DNA of 64,000 nucleotides from Squalus acanthias (lineage: Eukaryota). Each line of letters begins with the position of its first letter. The first letter of the stretch is position 1. The DNA lies in the NCBI GenBank assembly GCA_030390025.1, contig CM059433.1, positions 22,632,001-22,696,000 of the forward strand. The letters run 5' to 3'. Of the stretch, positions 48,893-61,254 are shown piece by piece. The notes under the pieces are model-generated. The model was given only the letters and a program-made list of their open reading frames with translations, did not search any database and was not told the DNA's origin. Position numbers and translations under genes: made by a program.

Positions 48893-49340
48893 AAGACTTG
48901 CATTTATATAGCGCCTTTCATGACCACCGGACATCTTAAAGTGCTTTACAGCCAATTAAGAACTTTTGAGGTGTAGTCACTGTTGTAATGTAGGAAACAC
49001 AGCAGCCAATTTATGCACAGCAAGCTCCTCCCACAAACAGCAATGTGATAATGACCAGATAATCCTGTTTTAGTGATGTTGATTGAGGGATAAATATTGG
49101 CTAGGACATCAGGGATAACTCCCCTGCTCTTCCGCAAAATAGTGCCATGGGATCTTTTATGTTCACCTGAGAGACTTCAGTTTAATGTCTCATCCGAAAG
49201 ACAGCACCTCTGACAATGCAGCACTCCCTCAGCACTGCACTGGAGCATCAGCTTACATTTTGTACTTGCAGTCTCTGGGGTGGGACTCTGAACCCACAAA
49301 CCTTCTAACTCAAAGGCGAGAGTGCTACTCACTGAGCCAC
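48893..49340 (-). mobile_element. SacSINE1/DeuSINE-like SINE, near complete
   Basis: tRNA-like head gtggctcagtgagtagc on the minus strand; L2-like tail gcgctatataaatgcaagtctt. Confidence 0.8.
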
Positions 49341-50755
49341 TCCACTCCAGTACAAGTCAGATGGTGTGCTGCTGCACTGCACCTTACTGCAGTACAGCTG
49401 AGGCTGAATGAATTTCCAGGTTCAGCTAACTAACATGGAATGACCTTCACCTGGTTGGAGAAACACTCCCTGGAATGGGCGGGTGCTCCAGGTCAGGGCA
49501 GGCCTGCTTGATTTGGGACAATCTGGCTGCCATCAAAAATAGGCCCCCATTCTTTTTCCTCTGCTTTATGCCGTGGAAATAAGCACAGAAATGGCACAAA
49601 GCAGAGGGAAATCATCCTGAGCAATGCTGAGCTGCTCTAATGATACATGTGCTGCCCCTAAATTGCTGAGATAATATTAATTCCACTGAAATATTTCAGT
49701 AAAAACAAGTCATGATTATCTCCTGCTGAGCTGTTTTTGGTGCATTAATTGCAGGGCAGGTGGAGTGCCCAATTGAGCCTTAGTCAACGGGACATCTCAA
49801 TCAATCAATTAAGTTAACTTAACAGATGGAGGTTATTTTAGCTAATCACAATTTGTTGCCCTACATAGTGTGATGTATGCTTTCAGATATGATGCCCTTG
49901 ATGTATGACAACCACTTTGAGAGGGATTTTCTTCCTCAGATGTAGATCTGGCTGAATCCCATCTTCTATGAGCACTTACTTTTCTGGTCTAATCTTTATT
50001 TGTATAATTACTAAACAACTCCAAATGCAAACTCAGGTGAGTTTAGGGATGACACCATGGGATAAATTTTTGTCTTCAACAGCGGAGGCGGGGACGGGAA
50101 AATTAGCTCCACCAAATTACCATCCAGGTGGTGGGTGAAGACAAAAATTTACCCCCACTGGTGAGAGAGAAAAATTGTGTGCAAGTCAAATTTAAAGTGA
50201 TAGAGACAATTAAAGGGGGAGTGTTACAAGGAGGGGACAAACATTTAGAAAGCTTTTGGAGAGCATTAAAAGGCATCTCAACCCAACAGCATCTTTTGCC
50301 AAGGCTGAAGGGGCATGGGATTCAAAAGTGGCAAGTCAGAATGAAGGGAAAGGTTCCTGTCGATGTGGGCATTAGTCTGCAGACAAGTCACGCTGCAGCC
50401 CAGAACTTGGCCTCCTCTTTGATGGCTGCTGAAGTCAAAGTGCTGCTGCATGAGATGTTTGTCAGGAGGGTTTCTCTCTGTGCCACTCTACAGCACCACT
50501 CCCTTTAAGTCCTACAGTTGAGGTCTTCTGATGCTGCAGCAGGTTCTCTCTTGGTGGCGAGAATCTAGCTGGTAACCCACCCTGTATCCTTAATTAACCT
50601 TGACCCAAGAAAATTGGTTGAGGTCAGAGAGCCAGGCAAAATTCCCACAGCCTATTATCTGTCAATTCCTTTCTTGTTGCCTCACCTTTATTTCCGTTAT
50701 TTTCTTCCAAATTTCATTAATAGCTGTAACGTCGGGTAAGTGTATGAATGTGTCC

Positions 50756-52380
50756 TGTAGAATTCGCAATATATCGCGATTTTATTAATAAGGAGAAAAC
50801 ACAGAGTTTCGTTCAAACAGCTTTTATTTCAGCAGAATGCTGACAGGTTTAAAGTGGACACAAGCAGCCTGTAAAATGGCCGCCGCACCTCGTGACAGAA
50901 CATTCTAGACTTTTCAACAGGCAGACAAGATGGCGTTCCAATAAACATTTGTGCAAGATCGATTAAGAGTCAGCACAGTGAAGATAATACACGAGACATT
51001 ATGGGTTTGCAGTATACACATAGATACTGAAATCGGTCTCCCAGGTACAAAGGAAAGCCATTGTACCGAGTAATCAAGGGCCCATCCAAAAGACATTAAT
51101 ATGTAAAATCCCAACGACTCTATGATGAGAGAGCCGTTAGCAGGTAGTTATACAGGACACTTGGAAGCCCCAAAACCCCTCCAGGGAGAACACCGACCGA
51201 TTTAACAATGGGAGAAATATTAACAGGTACTCAGACATTTACGAGTAGCCCCGAAACCCATTAAGAACGGAGATCACCCATACAAGACATTTGAGCGCCA
51301 GACCCTAAACAAAAGAATGGACATTATAGTTGGGCGGGAAACGGAAGATTTTGCACTATAATTGCAGGCTCCAAACCGTCTATCTTTCTCTTATCATCGT
51401 GGCTGCTCCTGTGTACTCGTAGTTGGGCTTCTGCTTGCCTGTTGCCTCTTCTGAAAAGACTGTTGAACTTTCTGATCCGTTCGGATCTACCTCGTGTCGC
51501 GTAACGAAGACCTATATTGGTAACCGGTATCGGAACCAAAAGGCCCGAGAAGAGATGAGAAGAGATGAGATGAGATGAGATGAGAAGAGAGGAAGACCAT
51601 ATCCATCGCCACGGTCAGTAAATCCCGACCGCGCCTGTAGGTCGACTAGCCAAGTTTTCCTCGCCAGGAAGACTTCTTTGAACTTATAACGAAACATATT
51701 GCATCGATGATAACTGGACTGTGCCCAAAAGTAACTGGAATGTGAAAGCCACCAATACAGATCTTCATCACAGCAGACGTTCCAGCCTGCTAGCCGGAGC
51801 AGCAGAAGCAAGTAAACAAGTGGGACCAGGAGATCTCCTGACCGACACGTGGGTGCTGCGGTGAAAAACATCCGATCAGCTGTTCGGAATTTCTCCGAGT
51901 TATCACGAGTGGTGAGCATGAGTCTCGAGATCCTACGAATCTAGTTTAGGATAGATATTGATAGGGGAGGGTTTAAGGATTAAGGATATTTGTAATGTGT
52001 GCCCCTATTTACTTTGTGCCGTTCGTTCCTCGTTTCCCTAAGATCGACTATATAACTGTTTGTAAGATTGTACTGTCAGTAATCTGTGCTTATGACATGT
52101 ATTTCATAATCTTAAGTATCATGCAATAAAGATTTTCCATTTCGTACCATTCAAACCGAGTCTACATGAGTTTCATCTCCATTACTGCTCTCGCATCTAA
52201 GTCCAGTGTCTAGAACCGTAAGGGAGAGTGATTCGAACCACTCACAGGTGTGTCTAGTGTTCCCAGACTGGCTGGAGACCAGAACAGGCAACAAGGCCTA
52301 GACCCGCACTGACATACAGGCTGCACAGAGCCGCGTGAATCTCACAGGCTGCGAGACACGCAGGGTCAGAATCCCTTACA
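50756..52380 (+). mobile_element. Solo LTR, 1625 bp
   Basis: TGTAG...TTACA termini; 4-bp TSD GTCC (50752-50755 and 52381-52384); AATAAA at about 52125; internal (GAGAT)n at about 51550-51590. Confidence 0.82.
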
Positions 52381-52770
52381 GTCCAGTTTATCTGTTGGGA
52401 ATTCCTCTGTGGACCAGTTTTTGTGCCTTATCCATTAAGGGGGAAAAATCCCTATGGTCACTGCATAGCAATATCATAAAGGTGTTCATAAAGATTTCAG
52501 TATTTCCAGTGAAATCATAAAAATCTTTCGCAAAGTATGATTTCACTAGAAATAGAGAGCAGGGGAAATCTTCACAAATACAGTTAAATTGTTAAAAGAC
52601 ATTGTAAGTAGGAGCATTATTACCCTTAGGCTTCTCATCACACATATACTTTGTTTTTTAGGTTTGGACGTGAGCATTGAATTATAAGTATTATTTTTCA
52701 CCCTAATTTCAACAAAAACATCGGCCTACCTGACAATACAAAGTTTAGGAAAGACACCTTTGTCATCTAC

Positions 52771-54358
52771 GGTTGATACGGTTGATGTGGTGTACATGGA
52801 CTTCCAAAAGGCATTTGATAAAGTGCCACATAATAGGCTTGCCAGCAAAGTTGAAGCCCATGGAATAAAAGGGACAGTGGCAGCATGCATACGAAATTGG
52901 CTAATTGACAGGAAACAGAGAGTAGTGGTGAACGGTTGTTTTTTGGACTGGAGGAAGGTATACTGTGGTGTTCCCCAGGGGTCGGTACTAGGACCACTGC
53001 TTTTCTTGATATATATTAATGACTTGGACTTAGGTGTACAGGGCACTATTTCAAAATTTGCAGATGACACAAAACTTGGAAGTATAGTGAACAGTGAGGA
53101 GGAGAGTGATAGACTTCAAGAGGCCATAGACAGGCTGGTGGAATGGGCGGACACGTGGCAGATGAAGTTTAACACAGAAAAGTGCTTAGTGATACATTTT
53201 GGGAGGAAGAACGAGGAGAGGGAATATAAACTAAAGGGTACAATTCTAAAGAGAGTGCAGGAACAGAGAGACCTGGGGGTAGATGTGCACAAATTGTTGA
53301 AGGTGGCAGGGCAGGTTGAGAAACCGATTAAAAAAGCATATGGGATCCTGGGCTTTATAATAGAGGCATACAGTACAAAAGCAAGGAAGTTATGATAAAC
53401 CTTTCTCAGACACTGGTTCGGCCACAACTGGAGTATTGTGTCCAATTCTGGGCCCCGCACTTTAGGAATGATGTGAAGGCCTTAGAGAGGGTGCAGAAAA
53501 GATTTACAAGAATGGTTCCAGGGATGAGGGACTTCAGTTACGTGGATAGGCTGGAGAAGCTGAGGTTGTTCTCTTTGGAGCAGAGAAGATTGAGAGGAGA
53601 TTTGATAGAGGTGTTCAAAATCATGAGGGGTCTAGACAGAGTAGATAGAGAGAAACTGTTCCCATTGGCGGAAGGGTCGAGTACCAGAGGGCACACGGTG
53701 GCATAGTGGTTAGCACTGGTGCCTCACAGCGCCAGAGACCCGGGTTCGAATCTGGCCTCAGGTGACTGTCTGTGTGGAGTTTGCACATTCTCCCCGTGTC
53801 TGCGTGGGTTTCCTCCGGGTGCTCCGGTTTCCTCCTACAGTCCAAAAATGTGCAGGTTAGGTTGATTTGGCTATGATAAATTGACCCTTAGTGTTAGGGG
53901 GGGATTAAATATGTGGGGTTACGGGGATAGGATGGGATATGTTAGGGGGAATTAAATACGTGGGGTTACGGGGATAGGGTGGGATATGTGTCGGTGCAGG
54001 CTCGATGGGGATTCTGTGTGAGATAGCAGGGACAGGGTACTGGATTTGGATGATCAGCCATGATCGTATTGAATGGTGGAGCAGGCTCGACGGGCCGAAT
54101 GGCCTACTCCTGCTTTATGTTTCTATTTAAAGTGATTGGCAAAAGAACAAATGGCGACATGAGGAAAAACTTTTTATGCAGCGAGTGGTTAGGATCTGGA
54201 ATGCTCTGCCTGACAGGGTGGTGGAGGCAGATTCAATTGTAGCTTTCAAAAGGGAATTAGATAAGTACCTGAAGGAAAAAAAATGCAGGGCTACAGGGAA
54301 AGGGCGGTGGAGTGGGACTAGCTGAAGTGATCCTTCTGTCCTGTAACCATTCTACGAT
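52771..54358 (+). mobile_element. 5'-truncated CR1 with a nested SINE
   Basis: YMDFQKAFDKV and KFADD; tail cattctacgattctac; tctac shared at both flanks. Confidence 0.93.
53689..54125 (+). mobile_element. HE1-like V-SINE (tRNA head, V domain, CR1-derived tail)
   Basis: ggtggcatagtggttagc (A box), gggttcgaatc (B box), gtgtggagtttgcacattctccccgtgtctgcgtgggtttcctccggg (V domain); the tail matches the CR1 3' UTR. Confidence 0.88.
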
Positions 54359-55034
54359 TCTACTTGATGTACACACTGAATCTTTTGGTTTTGATTATTT
54401 AGCTGTGTGAAGAAATTCTGAAACTTTTTCCTGCATGTCATCCCCAAATTTCTATGATAATAATTCTCTGTGCTGTTATAAGTTTAGTGTTACATACATG
54501 TATATTTCTATGACCACAAATGATGCCACAGCTCATTATGAGTTCATCCCTTTGCTATTAGTATGCGCTATCATACAAGAAGCATATTCAGCAGAGATAC
54601 TTCTTGGGTAATTGTGGGCAGGTTCAGTGGGTAACTGTGTTTTTGCTTTTTGTTCTTTTTGTTCATGGTAATAATTATTTGACAATTAAGTGCCATAGAA
54701 AGAGTATGTTTGGGTAAATTTGTGGTGCTCAGTGCTAATACCAATGACAGGAATATCCTTCTCTTGTCTATAATTCTCCTCCTTCTCCTGCTCCTTGTCT
54801 ATAATTTTGGGAAACAGCCATTTACACGTGGAAATGCCATTTCCACTGAACTTAAGGCACTGGGAGAAGATCTGAGGAAATTCACCCCCCACGGGGAAAT
54901 TTTCCTCGATGTTTTCAGCACATTAGCTGTGTATAAATGCCTCAGGAAACTTTCTCTGTTTAATACTTTTGCAGATTGGGTTTGTGGAGGGCAGGAACTG
55001 TTTCACAGGATCTGCTTATTCTGAATTGCTGAAC

Positions 55035-55308
55035 ATGGGAATGCTGCTGGGCTTCCCAAATCAGGAGGAGGAGCAGCAGCATTGAAGGCAGCAAAGACCT
55101 GAACAGGCTGCAAGAAGAGGGCGAAGGAGGCATTACCTTCCCCATAGAGGCTGACAAGCAGGAAGTAAGAGGACTGGGATCCGCCCGCAGTGCTGGATTC
55201 CTGCAGTTGCAGGCTGCACGCACGTGGCCCTGTGAGCTCCCCATCATGAAGCAGCAGTTTGTCAACAGGAAGGGCTGCCAATCATTCAACTTGTTACTGA
55301 CCACAGAC
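55035..55308 (+). pseudogene. Internally deleted Harbinger transposase relic
   Basis: GCTHVAL*APH and FVNRKGCQSFN traces. Confidence 0.6.
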
Positions 55309-56236
55309 ATTCAACAGCATTACCATCGCCAAATCCCCACCATCAATATCCTGGGGGTCACCATTGACCAGAAACTTAACTGGACCAGCCACATAAAGAC
55401 TGTGGCAAAAAGAGCAGGTCAGAGGCTGGGTATTCTGCGGTGAGTGTCTCACCTCCTGTCTCCCCAAAGCCTTTCCACCACCTACAAGGCACAAGTAAGG
55501 AGTGTGATGGAATACTCTCCACTTGCCTGGATGAGTGCAGCTCCAACAACACTCAAGAAGCTCGACACCATCCAGGACAAAGCAGCCTGCTTGATTGGCA
55601 CCCCATCCACCACCTTAAACGTTCACTCCCTCCACCACCGGCGTACCTTGGCTGCAGTGTGTACCATCTACAAGATGCACTGCAGCAACTCGCCAAGGCT
55701 TCTTCGGCAGTACCTCCCAAACCCGTAATCTCTACCACCTAGAAGGACAAGGGCAGCAGGCGCATGGGAAGACCACCACCTCCAAGTTCCCCTCCAAGTC
55801 AAACACCATCCTGATTTGGAAGTATATCGCCGAACCTTCATCGTCGCTGGGTCAAAATCCTGGAACTCCCTCCCTAACAGCACTGTGGGAGTACCTTCAC
55901 CACATGGACTGCGGTGTTTTTTTTTTATTTGTTTATGAGATGTGGGCATCGCTGGCACAGCCAGCATTTATTGCCCATCCCTAATTGCCCTTGAGAAGGT
56001 GGTGGTGAGCCGTCTTCTTGAACCGCTGCAGCCACGGTACGCCAGTGGTGGAGGGAGTGAATGTTTAAGGTGGTGGATGGGGTGCCAATCAAGCAGGCTG
56101 CTTTGTCCTGGATGGTGTCGAGCTTCTTCAGTTCAAGTAGGCGGCTCACCACCACCTTCTCAAGGGCAAATAGGGATGGGCAATAAATGCTGGCCTTGCC
56201 AGCGACGCCCACATCCCATGAACGAATAAAAAAAAA
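55308..56236 (+). mobile_element. Non-LTR retrotransposon 3' fragment (CR1/L2-group-type RT C-terminus, clade not determined) with a nested antisense derivative at about 55917-56128
   Basis: ILGVTIDQKLNWTSHI...YKAQVRSVMEY...LDTIQDKAACLI; A-rich tail at about 56226-56236. Confidence 0.85.
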
Positions 56237-57494
56237 CAGCAGCGCAACTCACTGCGTGGATCTTTGGGTCATAGTGGAAATCTGGAGTTAGGGCCAACCT
56301 GACTCTGGGTGAAGCAGAATGAGACTCTCTGGAGGAAAAATTCTCAATGTACTTTAGATTTACACTACAACTCTTGTGTGTAGCTGCAAAGCAATTCTTT
56401 TTTGTACCATTGCTACAGTTATAGTTTAAATCCTGCCTCAAAGGAATAGTCCCTACTGCATTCGTGGAAATCTTTCTATTTTCTGCATTGTCCATTATGA
56501 TGCCCTAATGTTGTCAATTTTGTAACAATTTGTGCCAAAATATGTTTTTTTTATAAAATATTGTGGACTCTTGTCCATTAGAAACCAGGTTGAAACCTCC
56601 AAACATCCACCCTATTCATTTGGGCTGCCTTAAGGAGAGACCCGGAGGTGTTTTAATCTAGTGCACTGTTATACATGTCGAAACTTCTGCACTTTTCTCA
56701 GATAGTAATTTCAGAAGTAGAAAACGGCTTCTTGTTATTGAATCACATTAAAAATTAGAAGAACACATTCTCAAAAGATCATGAATTTTATGATTGATTG
56801 GTTAGACAGGTACTGTAGATTTATATTCAGTAATCAGATGTTGCTGGTAGATCACAGACCTCTGCTGATACATCCCAGTCATTAGACATCCATCAATGTC
56901 GATCCATTTTCTCAGTTGCTTTTGCAATTGCCAAGTGGGTCAGCTGATCTATTTGATTCGCCTTTCAGCAACGGTAACATCTGAGGAGAGAAAAGGATTT
57001 GTGTTTACCTATGCTAGACTTCCCAGTATCCTGACAGCCATCAAGGGCACCTCTGCACCCACCACCAGCCCCCCCCAGTGAATTTGTATTCAGAAAGTAG
57101 GTTATTGCAGTCAGAAAATGTGTGGATGGTTTATGGAGACCATAAATGTTAGAATGGATACATTTGTAGTAAATTTATTTCCAACTCTTGGTATGAATCA
57201 TTCATAATCTCTCAACCATCTGCATGTTGATTGTTGGAATACATGGTTTTCTGGGGCATCTAGTTGCCGACAAGACTGTTAAAAGAACTGATATGCTCGC
57301 CTTGTTAATGACTTTGGCACTACCACTTAGCCTGGACAACTGCCTGTCATAATGCAGAGATGTGCATTTGGTCTGTGTATATTCCTTTCATTGACAAATT
57401 CAACCCTTCTTTATTTTTTGTTTCTTTCAGTGAGCTCTTCCTTTAATATTAAGAGTTATTAAAACAACTTAGTATTCCGAATATAACCAAAGCA

Positions 57495-60400
57495 ACATAA
57501 GAACATAAGAACATAAGAAATAGGAGCAGGAGTCGGCCATTTGGCCCTTCGAGCCTGCTCTGCCATTCAATAAGATCATGGCTGATCTTCTCCTCATCTC
57601 CACTTTCCTGCACTATCCCCATATCCCTTGATTCCCTTAATATTCAAAAATCTATCAATCTCTGTCTTGAATAAACTCAACGACTAAGCCTCCACAGCCT
57701 CTGGGGTAGAGAATTCCAAAGATGCACCACCCTCTGAGTGAAGAAATTTCTCCTCATCTCAGTCCTAAATGGCCAACCCCTTATTCTGAGACTGTGACCC
57801 CTGGTTCTAGACTCCCCAGCCAGGGGAAACATCCTCCCTGCATCTACCCTGTCAAGCCCTGTAAGAATTTTGTATGTTTCAAAGAGATCACCTCTCATTC
57901 TTCTAAACTCTAGAAAACATAGGCCTAGTTTACTCAATCTCTCCTCATAGGACAATCCCCCCATCCCAGGAACCAGTCTGATGAACCTTTGTTGCACTCC
58001 CTCTATGGCAAGTATATCCTTCCTTAGGTAAGAAGACCAAAACTGTACACAATACTCCAGGTGTGGACTCACCAGAGCCCTATATAATTGCAGTAAGACA
58101 TCTTTACTCTTATACTCCACATCATATTTCTCCACATTGTGAAGGAATCCTACTATATAACCTTTTTAGATAAATACACTATAGCCTTTTTAGAAAAATA
58201 CACTATATAACTTTTTAAAAAAGAAACATGACAAGCTGGATTTGGAAATCCTACCTTCTGAAAGAGTTCTGGCCTCGTTGATATAAGACAGTGGTTAACC
58301 CTGAAGAGTACCTTATAAGGAACTCTACCTTATAAATTCTTTAAAACATTACAAACTGGGTTTGGAAATTTAGAAACCTAACTATGAAATAGCTATGAAA
58401 GAATTCTGGCTATTGAAATAGGACAAGTTGTTGACCCTGAATAAGTAACCTTATTGAAACAGAAGAATGGGTGGCCCCGAATGGGTAACCTTATTAAAAC
58501 AAGACAATGGTCAGCCCTGGAGGAATGATCTTGATTAAAACCTCTTGAAAATGACATGATGTAAGGTACACCTGCCCTTTGCCCACATATGGTAAACTCC
58601 CAATAGCTATTGATGATGCGGCAGTAAGAATTTCAGTAGGTCAGCTAAAAGATGATTAGTGATAATTAACTTGGATTAACAGAAACCATATGAAAAAGGG
58701 ATATAAAATTGGAGTCTTGAATGAGATAATGAGACTCGCTTTAATCAGGCAAAGCGATTCTCGACTACAGGGGCAGCTCTGTAGTCCTTCACTCTTTTGT
58801 ACTTCAGGGATTGAAGGTAACTGCTACCTTGATAATTGATGGATATCCTGTAATAGACAAGTTTTAAAATGGTAATACTGTAGTAAAGTTAAGATTTATA
58901 AGTAAGATTCTCTGTTAAGAATAAGATTGTATTTTTTCTCTTTTTAAAACTGTTAACGTTGCAATTGACTGATTCACCAACTGTAAATTGCATGTCGTTT
59001 TTTTTAATAAATCTCTATATATTTTTAGAATTGTCTCATATAAGTCTTCTGTATCAATAACTCGCGAACCCAATCTTTGTACACTCTTTGGTGAAGAGTT
59101 ACAATTTCTGAAGGAAATCTCCGGACCCTCATAATATCTAGGACTTTACTGTCTGGCTAAACTTATTAAAAGTGCTATCTGGAGGACGGTAACATTCTCG
59201 GGTTGTTCCTTTCCTTTAGGGAGAGATAGCCCGGACCTTTAGACCCAGTTAAGCGTCTTTAGGATTCGGCTACCTCAACTTTAGTTGAAGGTGAACATCT
59301 GAGAAATACGCCTGATCCACGATAGCCCCAAAGGGGCAAGGACAAGTAAAAATCCTTTCAACATTATATTCCATTTGCCATGTTCTTGCCCACTCACTTA
59401 GCCTATCTATATCCCCTTGAAGCCTCCTTGCATCCTCCTCACAACTTACATTCCCACCCAGCTTTGTATCATCAGCAAACCTGGATATATTACATTTGGT
59501 CCCCTCATCCAAATCATTGATGTAGATTGTGAATAGCTGAGGCCCAAGCACTAATCCTTGCGGTACCCCACTAGTTACAGCCTGCCAACCTGAAAATGAC
59601 CCGTTTATTCCTACTCCTACTCTCTGTTTTCCATCCGTTAAGCAATCCTCAATCCATGCTTGTATATTACCCCCAACTCCATGAATTCTAATTTTTCTTG
59701 TATGGCACCTTATCGAATGCTTTCTGAAAATACAAATACACCACATCCACTAGTTCCCCCTTATCTATTCTGCTAGTTTCCACCTCAAAAAACTCTTAAC
59801 AGATTTATCAAATACGATTTCCCTTTCATAAATCCATGTTGACTCTGCCAAATCCTATTATTATTTTCTAAGTGCCCTGTTACCACGTGCTTAATAATAG
59901 ATTCAAGTATTTTTCCTGCTACTGATGTCAGGCTAATGGGTCCGTAGTTCCCCGTTTTCTCTCTCCCTCCTTTCTTAAATAGTGGGGTTACATTTGCTAC
60001 CTTCCAATCCACGGGAACCGTTCTAGAATCTATGGAATTTTGGAATATGACAACCAATGCATCCACTATCTCTATAGCCACCTCTTTCAAAACTCTAGGA
60101 TGTAGGCCATCAGGTCCAGGGGATTTATTGGCTTTCAGTCACATTAATTTCTCCAGTACTACTTTTTTACTAATACTAATATCTTTCAGTTCCTCATTCT
60201 CACTCAACCCTTGGTTCTCTACTATTTCCAGGAAGTTTTTGTTGCGTCTTCTTCCGTGAAGACAAGACACAAGTATTTGTTTAATTCCTCAGCCATTTCC
60301 TTATTCCCCATTATAATTTCTCCTGTCTCAGCCTGTAAGGGACCCACATTTATTTTTGCTAATCTTTTCCTTTTTACATACCTATAGAAGCTTTTATAAT

Positions 60401-60925
60401 CTGTTTTTATGTCTCTCGCTAGTTTACTCTCATATTATATTTTCCCTTTCTTTATCAATTTATTGGTCCTCCTTTGCTGAATTCTAAAATCCTCCCAATT
60501 CTCAGGCTTACTACTCTTTTTGGCAGCATTATAAGCCTCTTCCTTTGATCTAATACTATCTTTAACTTCTCTTGTTCGCCACGGTTGGACCACTTTTCCT
60601 GTGGGCTTTTTGTGTCTTAAAGGAATGTATATTTGTTGTAAATTATGTATTAATTCTTTAAATGCTAGCCATTGCTCGTCCACTGTCATACCTTTTAATG
60701 TAATTTCCCAATCTACCTTAGCCAACTCGCCCCTCATATCTACGTAGTTTGCTTTGTTTAGATTTAAGACCCTAGTTTCTGATTTAACTGTGTCACTTTC
60801 AAACTCAATATAAAATTCTATCATATTATGTTCACTCTTCCCTAACAGCCCCTTTACTACAAGGTTATTCATTAACCCTTTCTCGTTGCACAATACTAGA
60901 TCTAAAAATAGCCTGTTCCCTAGTT
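57495..60925 (-). mobile_element. CR1 LINE ORF2, broken and split by a solo LTR
   Basis: ORFs 57677-58135, 59270-59746, 59785-60090 and 60435-60893 carry CR1 motifs; tail (cataagaa)n at 57496. Confidence 0.95.
58138..59360 (+). mobile_element. Solo LTR, 1223 bp
   Basis: TGTGAAGG...CCTTTCA termini; 4-bp TSD ACAT (58134-58137 and 59361-59364); TATAAAA at about 58702 and AATAAA at about 59005. Confidence 0.9.
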
Positions 60926-61254
60926 TGCTTTTGATAAAAATAATTTAAGAACTGAGAAAAGCCAACAGGAAAAGGGTTTTTCAAATATACACACGTAGTA
61001 TACACACGGTGAATGAATTGCTCACACTCCCCAGGTCGCAGTAATCATGGCAGCAATTAAGGGACAGAAACCCAGTGAAAATGGGTTCTGTCCCAATTTC
61101 CGCCCCCTCCACTCCTGGGGCACCTGACGCAGTGGAAGTTCGAAGTGTCTGTCTGTTTTAAGAGCACTTGGCGCATTCATTTAAAAATGATAGAAGCTGG
61201 AATTTGAGGGCCAAGAAATAGCAGAGTTATTTATTACTTCTTTCATGTGTCTTC

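Larger units (their letters stand above)
40426..54451 (-). pseudogene. Candidate decayed multi-exon host gene of unknown identity
   Basis: AG..GT-bounded segments 54451-54359 + 52765-52730, 46463-46436, 43260-43229, 42815-42767 and 40968-40833 splice in one frame with three stops. 40572-40426 may follow after a frameshift. Confidence 0.45.

Noticed and set aside
50725..50755. Alternative LTR start at TGTAAC (50725)
   Set aside because: It gives no TSD, whereas a start at 50756 gives a perfect GTCC duplication.
53689..53765. tRNA gene
   Set aside because: The A and B boxes run directly into a V-SINE body and CR1-like tail, so this is a SINE head. The same applies to the heads at about 15979 and 49340.
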